Assembly (NCBI GenBank): GCA_051294375.1
Contig: CM119264.1
Span: forward strand, 30,401,870-30,465,869
Direction of reading: 5' to 3'
Origin: Paraspadella gotoi
Lineage: Eukaryota; Animalia; Chaetognatha
Length of the DNA: 64,000 nt
Positions 62,360-64,000 of this stretch are shown here, one piece after another (the stretch's first letter is position 1; every line of letters starts with the position of its first letter). The notes beneath the pieces are model-generated. The model saw only the letters and a list, made by a program, of their open reading frames with translations, was not told where the DNA came from and did no database searches. The position numbers were made by a program, and so were the translations under genes.

Positions 62360-62540
62360 ATTTGAAATTGATACAACCAATATAAAAATTACCCATTCGT
62401 TTATTAAATAAGCTATCTTTGGACAAGCTATTTTCCTCTTACTATCAAATGACATAGCAGGATTCTCCATTCTCCAGGCTTTCAATCTAAGGCTGTCCGA
62501 GACTAGAGTGTATTAAGTCCCATCGAACCTGGATTCTTAA
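62360..62540 (-). mobile_element. Diverged copy of the ~210-bp dispersed repeat
   Basis: tgaaattgatacaaccaatataaaaattacccattcgtttattaaataagctatctttggaca matches the family end. Confidence 0.7.
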
Positions 62541-63060
62541 TCCGTGTTTCTATCGTATGAGAGGAACTCCCTTGAGTATGAGGACAGGAAATACTGTACT
62601 AGCATCAAAATACGAGGAGCTGAAAGTTATGCGTGTGTATGAATGTGTTTATGCATATTTGAGCGATTTAAATTCTCGAACTTGAGAATTTCGTCTTCCA
62701 ATACACCACTACAACGACAACAACAATTCATGTTTATTTCCTTCCAAAAACTACCCCCCTCCCGGATGTCTCTCACGACTCCCCGGATGTTCCGTCGCGC
62801 TTGAAAACATATTCGTTTCGGTCGGTCCGTCCCTTTCAAGTCAGTCGGCGCGTGAATTGTCAAATGTTGTGTATTTTGTTCCCCATTCGACTCTTTTTGA
62901 CGTCGCCATCTTGCGAGAGAAAGAAAAAAACTCGGGATTTTTAAAACCATTTTCGAGGTTCGGCTTCTCTTTAAATTTTAAAAATGTTTTCTTTTTTAGG
63001 CAAAAAAATATACATCTTTAATATCCATATTTCCTATTACTTTCCGTCTGACGTTTAAAG

Positions 63061-63178
<118 letters not shown>

Positions 63179-63689
63179 ATCATTTTTTATCATTTTGCGG
63201 TGGAAATTTGTGTTCATTAGTCAAATGCCACGATGCACTCAAATCCACAACGCTTTGTAAAAATGGCGTTGAGTTGAGAATTGTGGAGCGGATCAGGAGC
63301 GGGGATGGTGGAGCGGGGATAGGGGAGCGGGGATAGGGGAGCGGAGTTTATGGAAAGGGGTTTATAGAGCAGAGACTGAGTTGTTTTAAGAAATGAATAA
63401 CTGAGGAAAAAATGGGATAAGGTTATACGTATTTCTTCTTTGAATTTCCTATCTCTTTTTACTCTGTCTCTATCTATCTCTGTCTCCTCTGTTTCTCTCT
63501 CACGGTCTATCTTGCTCTGTTTCCTCTGTGTCTCTCTCTCTATCTGTCTCCGCTCTGTCCCTGCCTTTTTCACCTTCTTTATTTTATATTATTTGCTCAT
63601 TATTCAGTCTTATTTTTTTTCGCCTAAAACCAAATAGATTTACTCTCAAGTCACCACAAACAGAAACGAGGGTTGTCTCGGGAGGGGAG

Positions 63690-63905
63690 AGTAAGGTCTG
63701 GAAAAGAGCCGTGACAACTGGGGAGAGAGGTAAAGATAAGGGAAGAGAACGTGACACAGAGGCAGAGGTAAGTTAAGATAAGGCAAGATAGCGTGACAAA
63801 GGGGCAGAGGTAAGTTAAGATAGGGGAAGATAGTGTGACAAAGAGGCAGAGGTAAGTTAAGATAAAGGAAGAGAGCGTGACAAAGGGAGATAGTTAAGTA
63901 AAAGT
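63690..63905. repeat. ~42-bp minisatellite (GTGACAAAGAGGCAGAGGTAAGTTAAGATAAGGGAAGAGAGC-like)
   Basis: Four to five tandem imperfect copies. Confidence 0.85.
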
Positions 63906-64000
63906 AAGGGAAGAAAGCGTAGCAGAGGTGTGAAGGTGAGGAAAGGGATAAGTGAAGGTAAGGAAAAGAGACCGGGCGTCGGGAGTGGCCGCCGCCGCCG

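Noticed and set aside
62627-62950. Minus-strand ORF and YY1-like AAGATGGCG start
   Set aside because: The ATG frame closes after 22 codons and no family is recognisable; insufficient support.

Overview
Eukaryotic (invertebrate animal-like) AT-rich, microsatellite-laden genomic DNA from a noisy long-read assembly with N gaps. Recognisable genes: an atypical dual-specificity phosphatase with a Cys-to-Ser catalytic change (~4.1-5.8 kb), a 13-exon ANKAR orthologue (8.3-24.7 kb), a LEM-domain/TM inner nuclear membrane protein (25.5-29.3 kb) and an error-riddled SLC5 sodium:solute symporter (55.3-61.5 kb). About 27-50.5 kb is a fold-back inverted duplication, most likely an assembly or read artefact. 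The standout is inside ANKAR intron 6: a 6.5-kb segment bounded by Tc1/mariner-like inverted repeats and TA dinucleotides. It carries an intronless ~1580-codon gene for a signal peptide, a Toll-like multi-cysteine-cluster LRR ectodomain, a TM helix, a degenerate IRE1/RNase L-like pseudokinase and a KEN ribonuclease domain that keeps the Y-R-N-H catalytic set. This suggests a mobile, cell-surface LRR receptor-ribonuclease. The gene is frameshifted in this assembly, so its integrity needs checking. The host genes also show unusually frequent AAG 3' splice sites and weak 5' splice sites. All family assignments come from manual translation and recalled motifs, not database searches.
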